Positions 45,790 through 59,450 of a stretch of 64,000 nt of DNA are shown piece after piece. Under the pieces are notes generated by a model. That model was not told the origin of the DNA. It saw only the letters and a list, made by a program, of their open reading frames with translations, and did no database searches. Source of the stretch: Mustelus asterias (lineage: Eukaryota). A program made the translations under genes and the position numbers. Position 1 is the first letter of the stretch. Every line of letters starts with the position of its first letter. Location of the stretch: contig NW_027590144.1 of the NCBI RefSeq assembly GCF_964213995.1, positions 310,001 through 374,000 on the forward strand, in the 5' to 3' direction.

Positions 45790-46508
45790 TTAAGAAATGA
45801 GCTGGAGCAAGTGACTGAAGTGTCAGTCAGGGAGCACTATTGGGAGCACCAATAGTTTCAAAATAGTTCTGGAAAAAAATAGGACAGGTCCACAGGTCAT
45901 GGCCCTAAACTGGAGCAGGGCCACTTTTGTGGGCATTAGGCAGGATCTAGCAGATGTTGATTAGGTGAGTTTGTTTGAAGGGAAAGGAATGACTGGCAAT
46001 TGGGAGGTTTTGAAAGTGTGATATCAAGAGTCCAGGGGCAGTATATTCCTGTTAAGATGAAGGGAAAGAATGGTAAATTTAGGGATCTCTGTCAGAAAAG
46101 GGACATTGAGGCTCTGGTCAGGTAAAAGAAGGAAGCAGACTTTGGGTTTCGGCAATCGGGAACAAGTGAATCACTCTGACTGGAAAAAGTGTAAGAAAAT
46201 ACTGAAGAGGGAAATCAGGAGGACAAAAAGAGGGTATGATATGGATCTGGCAGGTAAGATTAAAGAAAATTCCAAGAGGTTCTATAGCTATATTAAGAGT
46301 AAAAAGGTGGCTAGAGATAGAAGAGATCCCCTTAAAAATCAGTATGGCCATCTGTGTGTGGAGCCACAGGAGATGGGTGAGATTTTTAATGAATACTTCT
46401 CCTCTGTGTTTACTGCGGAGAGCACCATGGGTGCTAAAGAAATAAGGGAAACAAGTAGTGATGTGTTGGGCACACGCATGTTACTTGGGAGGAGGTATCT
46501 GCAGCCTT
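45790..46508 (+). mobile_element. Degenerate internal CR1 ORF2 fragment
   Basis: LKREIRRTKR..LAGKIKENSKRFYSYIKSK..MGEIFNEYFSSVFT. Confidence 0.82.
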
Positions 46509-47180
46509 ATAAAAGCAAATTACTGCGGATGCTGGAATCTGAAACCAAGAGAGAAAATGCCGGAAAATCTCAGCAGGTCTGGCAGCATCTGTAAGGAGAG
46601 AAAAGAGCTGATGTTTCTTGTCTCGATGACCCTTTGTCAAAGCTCTGAAACATCAGTTCTTTTCTCTCCATACAGATGCTGCCAGACCTGCTGAGAATGG
46701 GGAGAGAGTGTGTGGGATGGAGATTTACAGCTTTTGGGGAATGAGAGGAAAGAATGTTCCATAGAAATTGTCTGTTCTGAATTTCTATCCTGCACTGACA
46801 CTGATGACTTTTGTAAACTCATTTTCCAGGATCTTGAAAGAGGAATCACAGGCCGAAATCTCAAACGTCACGTCTAGACGTGACAGATTCGTGTTCCTTG
46901 GGACCTCAATATCATCGGACTTTGAATCCAGAAGGAGAAATGATTGTCGAGTCTGTCAATTTGAAAAGATTTGAAATGTCAGTGTGAGTGAAAAAGCATC
47001 AACACACTGCCACACTTCAGTGAGAGTGTTCCAATGCACTGACTAAAGAGCTTCAACCAGTTACACAGTCTGAATAAATATCACACCATTCACAGCGGGG
47101 AGAGACTGTAATCTTGTTCTGTGTGTGGACAAAGTTTCAACTAATTGCCCACCCAAGAGAGAGGCAAGGACACCTGCACC

Positions 47181-47937
47181 ATGGAGAAACCATGGAAATG
47201 TGTGGACTGTGGGAAGAGATACAGAGCCCCATCTCTGCTGGAAGTTCATCGGCGCAGCCACACCGGGGAGAGGCTGTTCACCTGCTTTCAGTGTGGGGAG
47301 GGATTCGCTCGGTCATCCAGCCTGCAGACACACCAGCGAGTTCACACTGGAGAGAGGCTGTTCACCTGCTCTGTGTGGGAAGGGATTCACTCGGTCATCC
47401 GACCTGCAGAGACACCAGCGAGTTCACACTGAGGAGAGGCCATTCACCTGCTCTCAGTGTGAGAAGGGATTCACTCAGTTATCCCACCTGCAGAGACACC
47501 AGCGAGTTCACACTGGGGAGAGGCCGTTCACCTGCTCTCAGTGTGGGGAGGGATTCACTCAGTTATCCAGCCTGCAGACACACCAGCGAGTTCACACTGG
47601 GGAGAGGCCGTTCACCTGCTCTCAGTGTGGGGAGGGATTCACTCAGTTATCCAGCCTGCAGACACACCAGCGAGTTCACACTGGGGAGAGGCCATTCACC
47701 TGCCCTCAGTGTGAGAAGGGATTCACTCGGTCATTCGACCTGCGGACACACCAGCGAGTTCACACTGGGGAGAGGCCATTCAACTGCTCTCAGTGTGGGG
47801 AGGGATTCACGCAGTCATCCCACCTGCGGACACACCAGCGAATTCACACTGGGGAGAGGCCATTCATCTGCTCTCAGTGTGGGAAGGGATTCAGAGTTTC
47901 ATCCCGGCTGCTGAGACACCAGCAAGTTCACGAGTGA
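47181..47937 (+). pseudogene. C2H2 zinc-finger locus Z7 (9 fingers) with a single 2-nt frameshift
   Basis: 757 nt from ATG to stop; restoring TG in tctgtgtgggaag (~47372) would give a 252-aa ORF. Could be an allele or an assembly error. Confidence 0.8.
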
Positions 47938-48174
47938 TTCCAGGGGTTGGATTCTGCTGTTATTGTTTCTGCTCTCAGTTGCATCCAGGACTGCATTTTG
48001 TTCATTCTCACAGTTGGTCAATGGGAAGGGTCAGAGGGTTTCTTTGTGCTGGACTGGCTGGTCTCAGCCTCCAGTGGGCTGATGCTCTTTGAGTCTTTTT
48101 GCGAATACCTGGTTTCAAATGTCACAAGGATCACAGAGTGACAGGGTGTTAGGAAGTTTAGAGATATTTAGTCA

Positions 48175-49345
48175 GAAGAAAACAAAGGTTGGCAGTGCAA
48201 AGGTACATTTCTGAATGGAGGGTTGTGACAAGTGACATTCCTCAGGGATCAGTGCTGGGACTTTTGCTGTTTGTAATAGATATAAATGATTTGGAGGAAA
48301 ATGTAACTGGTTTGATTGGTAAGTTTGTGGACGACACAAAGGTTGGTGGAATTGCGGATAGCGATGGGGACCAGCAGAGGTTACAGCAGGATATAGATCA
48401 GTTGGAGACTTGGGCGGAGAGATGGCAGATGAAGTTTAATCTGGACAAATGTGAGGTAATGCATTTTGGAAGGTCTAATACAGATAGGAAATATACAGTA
48501 AATGGCAGAACCCTTAAGAGTATTGATAGGCAGAGGGATCTGGGTGTACAGGTATACAGGTCATTGAAAGTGGCAATGCAGGTGGAGAAGATAATCAAGA
48601 AGGCATACGTCATAGAACATAGAAAGCCACAGCACAAACAGGCCCTTCGGCCCACAAGTTGCGCTGATCATATCCCTACCTCTCGGCCTATCTATAGCCC
48701 TCAATCCCATTAAATCCCATGTACTCATCGGCCGGGGCATTGAGTTTAAAAATTGGCAAGTCATGTTGCAGCTTTATAGAACCTTAGTTAGACCGCACTT
48801 GGAATCTAGTGTTCAATTCTGGTCACCACACTACCCGAAGGATGTGGAGTCTTTGGAGAGGGTACGGAAAATATTTATCAGGATGTTGCCTGGTGTGGAG
48901 GGCATTACCTATGAGGAGAGGTTGGAGAAACTTGGTTTGTTCTCACTGGAGTGACGGAGGTTGAGGAGGGCAACCTGATAGAAGTCTATAAGATTATGAG
49001 GGGCATGGACAGAGTGGATAATCAGAAGCTTTTTCCCAGGGTGGAAGAGTCAATTATGAGGGGCATAGGTTTAAGGTGCGAGGGGCAAGGTTTAAAGGAG
49101 ATGTACGAGGCAGGTTCTTTACACAGAGGGTGGTGGGTGCCTGGAACTTGTTGCCGGGGAAGGTAGTGGAAGCAGATACGATAGTGACTTTTAAGATGTG
49201 TCTTGACAAATATATGAATAGCATAGGAATAGAGGGATATGGTCCCCGGAAAGGTAGGGGGTTTTAGTTCAGACGGGCAGCATGGTTGCTACAGGCTTGG
49301 AGGGCCAAAGGGCTTGTTTCTGTGCTGTAATTTTCTTTGTTCTTC
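48175..49345 (+). mobile_element. CR1 3' fragment with a nested inverted LINE tail (48609-48725)
   Basis: PQGSVLG..FVDD..LVRPHLE; inserted in the Z7 3' cassette. Confidence 0.9.
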
Positions 49346-49909
49346 GTTCTGTTTGGAACATCCCAAATGCCCATCCAATTTCCTTTTTAATTGTTTATTG
49401 TCTCCACTTCCTCCACCCTCATAGGCAGCGAGTTTCATGTCATTACCATTCGCTGCATCAGAATATTCTTCCTCACATCTCCCCTCCACTCCCCCCCCCA
49501 CCCCCACTCCCCCCCCCCCCACTCCGCCCCCCCCCCCCCACCCCTTGCATCTCTGACCCAAAACAAGAAATCTGTGTCCCCCTCGTCCTTGTCCCTTCAG
49601 CAAATGGGAACAGCTTTTCTTTGTCCACCTTATCTAAACCTGTCAGAATCTTGTCCACCTCTATCAAATCTCCCCTCAACCTCCTTTGTTCCAAGGAAAA
49701 CAACCCCAGCCTGACATTGACAATAAAGAACAAACCAACAGAATATGTTACTGTCTGAATTCAAATGGGAATGTTTAATTTCTGTTTTAAAGATATTGTG
49801 AATATATTGTCCTGGACAATAAAGGAATTGGAATAACTCACCTTGGGTGTGGTTGAATGGAATATATCAATCTGGTATCCACCTACAGTCTAGTGAAAGT
49901 CTGGAATAT

Positions 49910-50527
49910 GTACAAAGAACAATACAGCACAGGAACAGGCCCTTCGGCCCTCCAAGCCTGCACCGATCATGTGTTCCTAACTAGACCATCCGTTTGTATC
50001 CCTCTATTCCCAGTCTGTTCATGTGGCTATCTTGATGAGTCTTAAATGATCCTAGCGTGTCTGCCTCAACCACCTTGCTTGGTAGTGCATTCCAGGCCCC
50101 CACCACCCTCTGTGTAAAATACGTCCCCCGCATATCTGTATTGAACCTTGCCCCCCTTACCTTGAACTTGTGACTCCTTGTGTTTGTCATTTCTGATCTG
50201 GGAAAAAGCTTCCAACTGTTCACCCTATCTATGCCCTTCATAATTTTATAAACTTCTATTAGGTCCGCCCCCTCAACCTCCGTCTTTCCAGGGAGAACAA
50301 CCCTAGTTTACTCAATCTCTCCTCATAGCTAAGACCCTCCATACCAGGCAACATCCTGGTAAACCTTTTCTGTACTCTCTCCAAAGCCTCCACGTCCTTC
50401 TGCTAGTGCGGCGACCAGAACTGGACGCAGTATTCCAAATGTGGCCGACCAACGTTCTATATAACTGCAACATCATATGCCAACTTTTATACTCAATGCC
50501 CCGTCCAATAAAAGCAAGCATGCCATG
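49910..50527 (-). mobile_element. CR1 3' fragment
   Basis: GMLAFIGRGIEYKS..FTQRVVGAWNALP. Confidence 0.88.
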
Positions 50528-50717
50528 CGATCTGTAAATAAACTTTAAATATCTCCAAGAAAAAGCTGTCACCTCATTTATCTCGTCTATACTTCCCCTT
50601 TACCAGAATGTTCCATACCCGAATGTATGCATTCCTTTAAACTGCACTTTCCGGAGTTCTGGAGAATCTTTTAAAACATGAAATATACTCATAATATCTT
50701 TAAAAAGAAACCGAACA

Positions 50718-51064
50718 TTTCACAGTAACTTCATTGCAGTGTTTATGTAAGTCTAGTTGTGACACTAATAAATAAACTTTAAAAACTTTAAGAATATTTG
50801 AAGTCAAAGTTTATTCATTAGTCACAAGTAGGCTTACATTCACACTGCAATGAAGTTATTGCGAAAATCCCTTAGTCGCCACACTCCGACGCCTGCTCTG
50901 GCACACTGCGGGAGAATTTAGCATAGCCAATGCACCGAACTAGCACGCTTTTCGACTGTGGGAGGAAACTGGAGCACCCGGAGGAAATCCACGCAGACAC
51001 AGGGAAAACGTGTAGACTCCGCCCAGACAGTGACCCAAGTTAGGAATCGAACCGGGTCCCTGGC
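50718..51064. mobile_element. SINE alternative tail (+, 50718-50785) facing a V-SINE (-, 50808-51064)
   Basis: Both carry the cagtaacttcattgcagtg..cttgtgac..aataaacttt tail in opposite orientations. Confidence 0.78.
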
Positions 51065-52439
51065 CTATTTGCTACCAAATAAACCATAATATGTCCAATC
51101 ACAGGTTACATTAAAAAACAAAGGCTGTGTGGAGATTTATAAAAATCAACTGTCTGCTGAAAGGGTTAACTTCTCTGTGGAACCGAGAGAGGCGGGGAGT
51201 GGGCAGAGGAAACTTGGCAATTGTGTCAATTTATATAATTTAAAAAACTTCTCTCATGTCATTTTCTTCAATTTTGTTCAAATTTCATCTCTTTTCTCTA
51301 TCTTTTTTTGAACACCAATTTCAATTTTCAATATTTTCCACTTAATCAGAGTTGAAAGAAATACTTTGTGAAATATGTTGTTAACCGAATCTCAACAATT
51401 TTAACTCCGATGGTTTGGAAAGTTGGAACTGGTTTGCTGCCAAACTGCAGCCTGATCTTTGTGTTTTGGGAGCAAATTGGCCTTCACAATTCTAACCTTC
51501 AACAACTTAATTTCAAACCCAAATACATTCCTTTCACATTTTAGTACAGTCTGAATTTATTTCAAACAGAAACTCACGGCTGTTCAAATTAAATTAATTT
51601 TTATTCCCTTTCCAAACTAATTCTTCGAATCTATGATGCTTTCAAACAACACTCTGCTTCAACAATTATGACTCAAATGTACAGTATTCCTTCAACTGGG
51701 CAAACCAACTTGGAGTAAGCGTTGTGGATCATGACGGTGCAAAGGCCATGGCGAACCTCACACACCTGCATTCCCTCATCACACAGGAGAGGCAGAGGAG
51801 AGGGGGGAGTGCTTTCAGTGATTCTTTCTTTGGAGAAAACAACTACATCTACTCACTGGTGACTGATGTGTCTCAGGTTGTTTGATTTCAGCTAAACACG
51901 GGGAGTGGTCTGCTTCAGGGGAGGTATCACTTTGTGGCTAAGTTAACTTTCTCAAAGTCCCCATGGCATTTTCTAACTCTTCACTTGATCTGATATTTTC
52001 TGACTGTAAATCAATATCTTGTTCCAGAGTTTGGCCGAACAGCAGTAGATTTTTCTGAGCTCCACTCACCCTATCATCTGCCCCCTGTTCCCAATGTAAC
52101 TGATTGTCCAGGTCAGACGTGCTCTCCTGCCAGCAATCAGCTCCATTCTGCAGCTTATCCACCAGTTCCCTCAACTCTTTATATTTTGTACTCAGCTGTG
52201 AGGCAACAGGTTTCCAATGTAACTGTAAATTAATTTATTCTGGACTTTTTCCCACTTGCTGTTTCCTTTCTGAATCTCTTTAGAAAACCTATCAAGGACC
52301 CGCTCGTAATCTCCGTCACATTCTTCTCCACCTCCCAGGGTATCTTTTACTCCTGATGCCCTTGACTCCGTTGTCAAACTGTCAGTCACATTGTAGCAGA
52401 TGCCAAAGCCATTGTTGTATTTGCTTTTTTGAGGATCCC

Positions 52440-53135
52440 CTAAATGGGGAAATGCTTCGGAAATCAGAAGCACAAAGAGACTTGGGAGTCATTGTTCAAG
52501 ATTCTCTTAAGGTTAACGTGCAGGTTTAGTTGGCAGTTCGGGAGGCAGATGCAATGTTAGCATTCATGTCAAGAGGGCTAGAATAAAGAGCAGCGATGTA
52601 CTTCTGAGACTGTATAAGGCTCTGGTCAGACCCCGTTTGGAGTATTGTGAGCAGTTTTGAGCCCCACATCTAAGGAAGGATGTGCTGGTCTTGGAAAGGG
52701 TCTGGAGGAGCTTCACAAGAATGATCTCTGGAATGAAGAGCTTGTCGTATGAAGAATGGTTGAGGACTCTGGGTCTGTACTCATTCGAGTTTAGAAGGAT
52801 GAGGAGGGATCTTATTGAAACTTAGTAGGAAAAAACTAGAACTAGAGGGCACAACCTCAGGCTAAAGGGATGATCCTTTAAAACGGAGATGAGGAGGAAT
52901 TTCTTCAGCCAGAGAATGGTGAATCTGTGGAACTCTTTGCCGCAGAAGGCTGTGAAGGTCAGTTCATTGAGTGTCTGTAAGACAGAGATAGATAGGTTCT
53001 TGATTAATAAGGGGATCAGGGGTTATGGGGAAAAGGCAGGAGAATGGGGATGAGAAAAATATCAGCCATGATTGAATAGCGGAGAAGATTCGATGGGCCG
53101 AGTGGCCTAATTTTGCTCCTATGTCTTATGGTCTA
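52440..53135 (+). mobile_element. CR1 3' fragment (decayed)
   Basis: Homologous to 25547-26233 and 2538-2824. Confidence 0.88.
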
Positions 53136-53550
53136 AGTTCACAACTCCTTGATTAAAATAAGATACAAGAGCCTTCATTCCCCTTCATTATAACTTAAAC
53201 TTTTTTTAGCCAACTTCCAAAGCCTGATTTTATCGGAAACATCAAGTCTTTGTTGATTTAAAATCCCAAACATGTTGCCAGCTGCAAAATCTTTGTTCTT
53301 TGTCTGGGGTTGAGGTGACAACACGATAAAATCCTCACAGTTCTTCCAAATTCCTCCAGGCTCCGCTTAAAATTTACACATTTAACTGGTTCCCATAAAT
53401 CCTCAATCAAAAACTAAAATAGACACATGAGTTTCCAGGTGATTTACAAAGAAATGAACTGTCTGCTGAAAGGATTAACTTTTCTACAGAACCTAAAGGG
53501 GTCGGGAGTGAGCAGAAAAAACTTGGCCCACAATTACTTCACTTTACATA

Positions 53551-54341
53551 TGGTGGGGGTTTTTCTCAGAGGCTAAGTATTGAGCTGAACCCAGTTAATA
53601 CAAAGATTTGCAAAAGACAGTATACTGGTTAAAGACATTCTTTATTGACCAACACGCGCTGGGAGAAAGGCAGCTGGGAGTCCAACTCCTTTCTAAAGTT
53701 ACAATACATTGGCCGCGTAGTTATACTATTTTGAAAGTTCATTTCACCCGCCCACTCTGTCATCCTAACTGGATGCTCCAATCATGTTCGTGCACAATAT
53801 TTACCTTGGCCAATAACATCCGATCTTCTGGAAGAATGGGAATTCATTGGTCTGTAGAATCTGAAAGTTCCTGCCCACTGTTACTTTGCAACTTTCACTT
53901 ACGTAGGTCCATAGGGTTCAAAGGTTGCTTTCTAACTGACTGTCAGCAACTTCTATTACATAGGTTATAGGGTTCAAAAGTTCCTTTCCACTGTCTGCTG
54001 AGCCATCCCTTATAACTCATACTGATAAAAACTGTGCTCTGTGGCTTCACTATTCTGAAAGAATGTGGCCCGTCTCACTCAGCTTTTATCCCATTATGCT
54101 TTAGGGCAGTCTGCAGTTTGGCCAAGGTGTACATTTCAGTACAAAAAGTACATATTTAAATCTGAAATACATGTTTAAATTCGATACCAGTGGTTATATG
54201 TGTCTCTATGCAGACAGTACCTTTGTATAATATAAATAAGGCACGTTGTGGTCCTTATTCTATGTTAGTCTAAGTCAGTCCACCCTGTTTCAATAACCTT
54301 TATTACTTTTTAATCTCAAGGTATTCTGAACCCCTCTGACA
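53551..54341 (-). mobile_element. Putative solo LTR
   Basis: Absent from the paralogous cassette (19270 region). TG..CA ends, near-TSD acata/aaata, minus-strand AATAAA at ~53641 and an internal direct repeat. Confidence 0.5.
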
Positions 54342-55205
54342 AAATAACTTTAAAAAACTTAAAGTTTATAATTAGTCTCAAGTAAGCTTACATTAACACT
54401 GCAATGAAGTTACTGTGAAAAATCCCCTCTCTAACAACAAAAGAAACTTGATTTTAAACTTCATCTATTAATTTTTTTGTTATATTCCTCAACCTATTTT
54501 AATTTGATCAGTTTTTTGTTAGGGATGGGTAATTTCTGTTCTTTATAAACTGGTTCACTCATTTTGTTAATTCTACATGGGCTCGGAGAATCAGAACCTA
54601 GACTCTATCATCCATATCCTTATTCTCCTTTTGTCACCACTTTCTCTCTGTCTTGCAGGAGGATCGTGGGGATTCCAATCAGACCGAATCATTTATTGTA
54701 AAAGTAAAACAAAAACAGAAAATGCTGGAAAATCCCAGCAGATCGGACAGCATCTGTAGGGAGAGAATAGAGCCAACGTTTCAAGTCTGGATGACCCTTC
54801 ATGAGAGCTCCTATGAAGTGTCATCCAGACTCAAAATGTTGGCTCTGTTCTCAAATCATTTTATCGCTAAGTTTCTTGCTCTTAGTTTCCAAAAGACAGG
54901 TAAGAAATCTGTCCAGTCCCTACTCGAGCTCTGAATTTTTCACTGGCCATGCTTGGGTTGGATTATAACCATTAGAATCCACTCTTAGAGGTCCACTTTT
55001 CAGTCCAGTGCTACTTGGAGTGTACCGTCACTTCACCGACTACCGGTCACAAGTCCCTCACAGTACTTATCACAAATCTAGGATAAAATAATTTCAGCAA
55101 TGCCTGAGAATGCTTCTTAATCGACTACCTACCACCGTTTGTTGATTGATCAGACCCCCTTTTTACAGATTTGGATATCTCAGCCGCTGAATATCAGCTG
55201 GTTAT

Positions 55206-55525
55206 TCATAGATTCATAGAATCCTACAGTGCAGAAGGAGGCCATTTGGCCCATCGAGTCTGCACTGACCACAGTCACACCCAGGCCCTATCCCCCATGC
55301 ATTTACCCTAGCAAGTCCCCCTGACACTAAGGAGCAATTTCGCATGGCCAATCCACCTAACCCGCACATCTTTGGACTTTGGGAGGAAATCGGGGCACCC
55401 GGAGGAAACAGGGACACGGGGAGAATGTGCAGACTCCACACAGACAGTAACTCAAGCCAGGAATCGAACCCGGATCCCTGGCGCTGTGAGGCAGCAGTGC
55501 TAACCACTGTGCCATCATGGCACCC
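55206..55525 (-). mobile_element. HE1-like SINE
   Basis: Occupies the same cassette position as 20074-20548. Confidence 0.88.
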
Positions 55526-56338
55526 AAACTTATGGAATAAGTTTAATTCTAACTCATTCTGTGTAAATATTCTCACAAGGTCCTCTGTTGGGGCCCTGCT
55601 AAGCAGCTTTAATGGTCCGTGATTGCAGAAACTGAGCAGTCACAGGAATGTGGTCAAGATAGTCCAGTCCCATAATGCCTCACATTCATCTGCGGTCCTT
55701 CAATTATAACAGAATATGTGGCTGTATGTAGCTGCCTCGGCCGTGGTCAACCCCAACCCTGCCTTCCTGAACTGTTACAATGCCTGAGGTGTAAGTACAC
55801 CCACAGTGCTGTTAGGGAGGGATTTCCAGCTACACATTCCTGACAAGATTCTGATAGGTTTAGATAAGGTGGACAAAGAAAAGCTGTTCCCATTCGCTGA
55901 TGGGACAAGGACGAGGGGGACACAGATTTAAAGTTTTGAGTCAGAGATGCAGGGGGGAACGTGAGTCAGAATATTCTGATGCAGCGAATGGTAATGACCT
56001 GGAACTCGCTGCCTACGAGGGTGGAGGAAGTGGAGACAATAAACAATTACAAAGGAAATTGGATGGGCATTTGGGGGGTTTCAAACAGAAATGCTGACTA
56101 AATATCTCTGAACTTCCTCACACCCTGTCACTCTGTGATCCGTGTGAAATTTGAAACCAGGTATTCGCAACAAGACTCAAAGAGCATCAGCCCACTGGAG
56201 GCAAAGTCATGAGACCGGCCAGTCCAGCAGAAAGAAACCCTCCGACCCTCCCCATTGACCAACTGTGAGAATGAACAGAATGCAGTCCTGGATGTAATTG
56301 AGAGCAGAAACAATAACAGCAGAATCCAACCCCTGGAA

Positions 56339-57517
56339 TCACTCGTGAACTCGTTGGTGTCTCAACAGCTGGGATGAAACTCTGAATCCCTTCCCACACT
56401 GAGAGCAGGTGAATGGCCTCTCCCCAGTGTGAACTCGCTGGTGTGTGCACAGGTTGGATAGGTCAGTGAATCCCTTCCCACACTGAGGGCAGACGAACGG
56501 TTTCTCCCCAGTGTGAATCCGCTCGTGTGTCCGCAGACTGGATAACTGAGTGAATCCCTTCCCACACTGAGAGCAGGTGAACGGCCTCTCCCCAGTGTGA
56601 ACTCGCTGGTGTCTTCGCAGGCTGGATGAATCACTGAATCCCTTCCCACACTGAGAGCAGGTGAATGGCCTCTCCCCAGTGTGAACTCGCAGGTGTGTCC
56701 GCAGACTCGATAACTGAGTGACTCCTTTCCCACACTGAGAGCAGGTGAATGGTTTCTCCCCAGTATGAACTCGCTGGTGCTTCCGCAGGTTGGATGATTG
56801 AGTGAATCCTTCCCCACACTGAGGGCAGGTGAACGGCCTCTCCCCAGTGTGAACTCGCTGGTGTGTCTGCAGGCTGGTTGAATGAGTGAATCCCTTCCCA
56901 CACTGAGAGCAGCTGAATGGCCTCTCCCCAGTATGAACTCGCTGGTGTGTCTGCAGGCTGGATAAATGAGTGAATTCCTTCTCACACTGAGAGCAGGTGA
57001 ACGGTCTCTCCCCAGTGTGAACTCGCTGGTGTGTCTGCAAGTTGGATAATTGACTGAATCCCTTCCCACACTGAGAGCAGGTGAATGGCCTCTCCCCAGT
57101 GTGAACTCGCTGGTGTGTCTGCAAGTTGGATAATTGACTGAATCCCTTCCCACACTGAGAGCAGGTGAACGGTCTCTCCCCAGTGTGAACTCGCTGGTGT
57201 GTCTGCAGGCTGGATAACTGACTGAATCCCTTCGCACATTGAGAGCAGGTGAATGGCCACTCCCCAGTGTGAACCCACTGGTGTGACTGTAGATGGGATG
57301 ATTGTGTGAATCCCTCCGCACACTGAGAGCAGGTGAACGGCCTCTCCCCAGTGTGAACTCGCTGGTGTGTCCGCAGGTGGGATATTTCACTGAATCCCTT
57401 CCCACACTGAGAACAGGTGAATGGCCTCTCTCCAGTGTGACTGCGCCGATGAACTTCCAGTTCTGATGGGGATCTGTATCTCTTCCCACAGTTCCCACAT
57501 TTCCATGGTTTCTCCAT
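56339..57517 (-). CDS. C2H2 poly-zinc-finger protein Z8 (14 fingers, 392 aa)
   Basis: Intact [26 protein letters not shown]. Confidence 0.92.
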   Translation of the reverse strand: MEKPWKCGNCGKRYRSPSELEVHRRSHTGERPFTCSQCGKGFSEISHLRTHQRVHTGERPFTCSQCAEGFTQSSHLQSHQWVHTGEWPFTCSQCAKGFSQLSSLQTHQRVHTGERPFTCSQCGKGFSQLSNLQTHQRVHTGERPFTCSQCGKGFSQLSNLQTHQRVHTGERPFTCSQCEKEFTHLSSLQTHQRVHTGERPFSCSQCGKGFTHSTSLQTHQRVHTGERPFTCPQCGEGFTQSSNLRKHQRVHTGEKPFTCSQCGKGVTQLSSLRTHLRVHTGERPFTCSQCGKGFSDSSSLRRHQRVHTGERPFTCSQCGKGFTQLSSLRTHERIHTGEKPFVCPQCGKGFTDLSNLCTHQRVHTGERPFTCSQCGKGFRVSSQLLRHQRVHE

Positions 57518-59019
57518 GGTGCAGGTGTCCTTGCCTCTCTCTTTGGTGGACAATCAGTTGAAGCCTCGTTAACACACACACAACACGAGTGCAGTCTCTC
57601 CCCGCTGTTAATGGTGTGATCTTTATTCAGGCTGTGTAACTGGTTAAAGCTCTTTAGTCCATGCACTGGAACACTCTCACCCGAGTGTGGCAGTGTGTTG
57701 GTCCTTTTCCAGTCACACTGACATTTGAAATCCTTTCAAATCAACAGACTGGACAATCATTTCTCCTTCTGGATTCAATGGCTGATGATATTCAGGTCCC
57801 AAGGAATATGACCCTGTCAGATCTAGACGTGATGTTTGAGATTTCGGACTGTGATTCCTCTTTCATTATCCTGTAAAACAGGTTTGCAAATGTCATCAGT
57901 GTCAGTACAGGATAGAAATTCAGAACAGACAATTCTAGTTTCTATGGAACATTCTTTCCTCTCTCATTCCCCAAAATCTGTAAATCTCCATCCCACACAC
58001 TCTCCCTCCATTTTCACTCTGCTGTATCTAATATTCACCCTCCCAATTCCCCTGAAGGTGCTGATTGAATCTGATTGACAGATCCACGCTCACTGCTTCC
58101 TGTCCAGCACAGAAATGATAACAAATAGGAATGGCGGTTGGCCACTTGGCCTATCATGCCTTTTAAACCATTCCGGGAGATCATTGGCTCATCTACCTCA
58201 GCATCATTCTCCCCACACTAAATCCATCTCCCTTGATTTCTTCAATATCTAGAAACCAATCTCTCTCTCCTGAAAATTCTTGATGACTGAGGCTCCACAG
58301 GCCTCCAAGGTAGAGAATTCCAACGCTTCACCACATCCTTGAATCAGGAAATCCCTCGTCATCTTAGCTTTCTCTCCATTTCCCCATATGTTCCCCATAA
58401 GCCTTGACAGTCTTCTCAGTCAAGAATCAGTCTAACTCATCCTGGAATATATTTAAATGATTCTCAACCTGCAATGATCCCTGTGGAAAGGAAATTCAAG
58501 AATAACAATTGCCTGAGGAAAGTGATGACTGAAAATACATAATGTAGCTACATTTCTATATTACAAGACTATAAATAATAATAAATGTATTTTATTACAG
58601 AGTCATAAATAATATATCTAATCTGTATCATATAACAACGCTAGACATGTCTCTGTCCTATATTAATTTACTGTCCCCTTAAATGTCAGTCATCTCCTGG
58701 GGAAACCAACCCTTTAATTGTGAACATTAGGAAAGTGACCATCCTTTTAGCCAGACAAATAAATGTGTCAAGCTGAGGGAGCAAAGGATGTCAATGTCTT
58801 TAAGAGAGAGGGAGACCTGGGCCAACCTTTCCAGAGTCTGCAGCCTCCCTGGATTCACTTCCTTTCCCTTCACTTGCTGCAAGTCCCCAATTTCCCCCAG
58901 AATGAGAAAAGAACTGGAAAGGGGGAGAAAAGAAAGTGTTTTACTCACAGATGTTGGCCTCTTTTAAGGAGGAAGTTTAAGTCGGTCTGAAGCTCAATCT
59001 TCATTCACACAAGGACCAA

Positions 59020-59450
59020 GAGTCCTTCCGGTGTTCCAACACTCCCCATTGGCCAGCTACGGTGAGAGGCAGTGAGTCGGAAGTGCACATTGGCGGAATT
59101 TGGGGAATGCGCATGTGTGGATTTCGGAGGATGCGCGTTATGTGGAATGTGCGGGGCGGGGCCCGGGACAGAGCCGGCGCACTGACCATTGTCTGTCCGG
59201 GTCTTCCAGCCTGTCCCATTGGACAACAGCTCAGCGCGGCTGGAGGGCAAAGTCCCGCCCACCCCCACGTGGGGCTCCGCCCCTCATTGTCTGTCTGCGG
59301 GGCATTGACCAATGGGAACTCTGGGGGACCGGACGTACTCTGCTCCTCCAGCCAATCACAGCTCCTCATTGTCTGAATGCGGAAGTGGACAATGAGCTTG
59401 TTCAGCTGCCCATTCCTGCCCAGCAAAGCTGCTGCTGCTTCTCTCTCTCT
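59020..59450. promoter_or_regulatory. Putative bidirectional promoter between Z8 (-) and Z9 (+)
   Basis: Close paralog of 24305-24750; flanked by inverted repeats 58690-59005 and 59617-59960. Confidence 0.7.

Noticed and set aside
51938-52473. Two adjacent minus-strand ORFs (78 and 93 aa)
   Set aside because: No recognisable motif. Possibly decayed retroelement sequence, but this cannot be supported without a search.
56362-57666. Long alternative-frame ORFs over ZNF arrays ([21 protein letters not shown] repeats; also 10898-11530, 28081-28620, 47114-47914)
   Set aside because: Shadow frames of the 84-bp repeat codon pattern; no independent evidence of coding.
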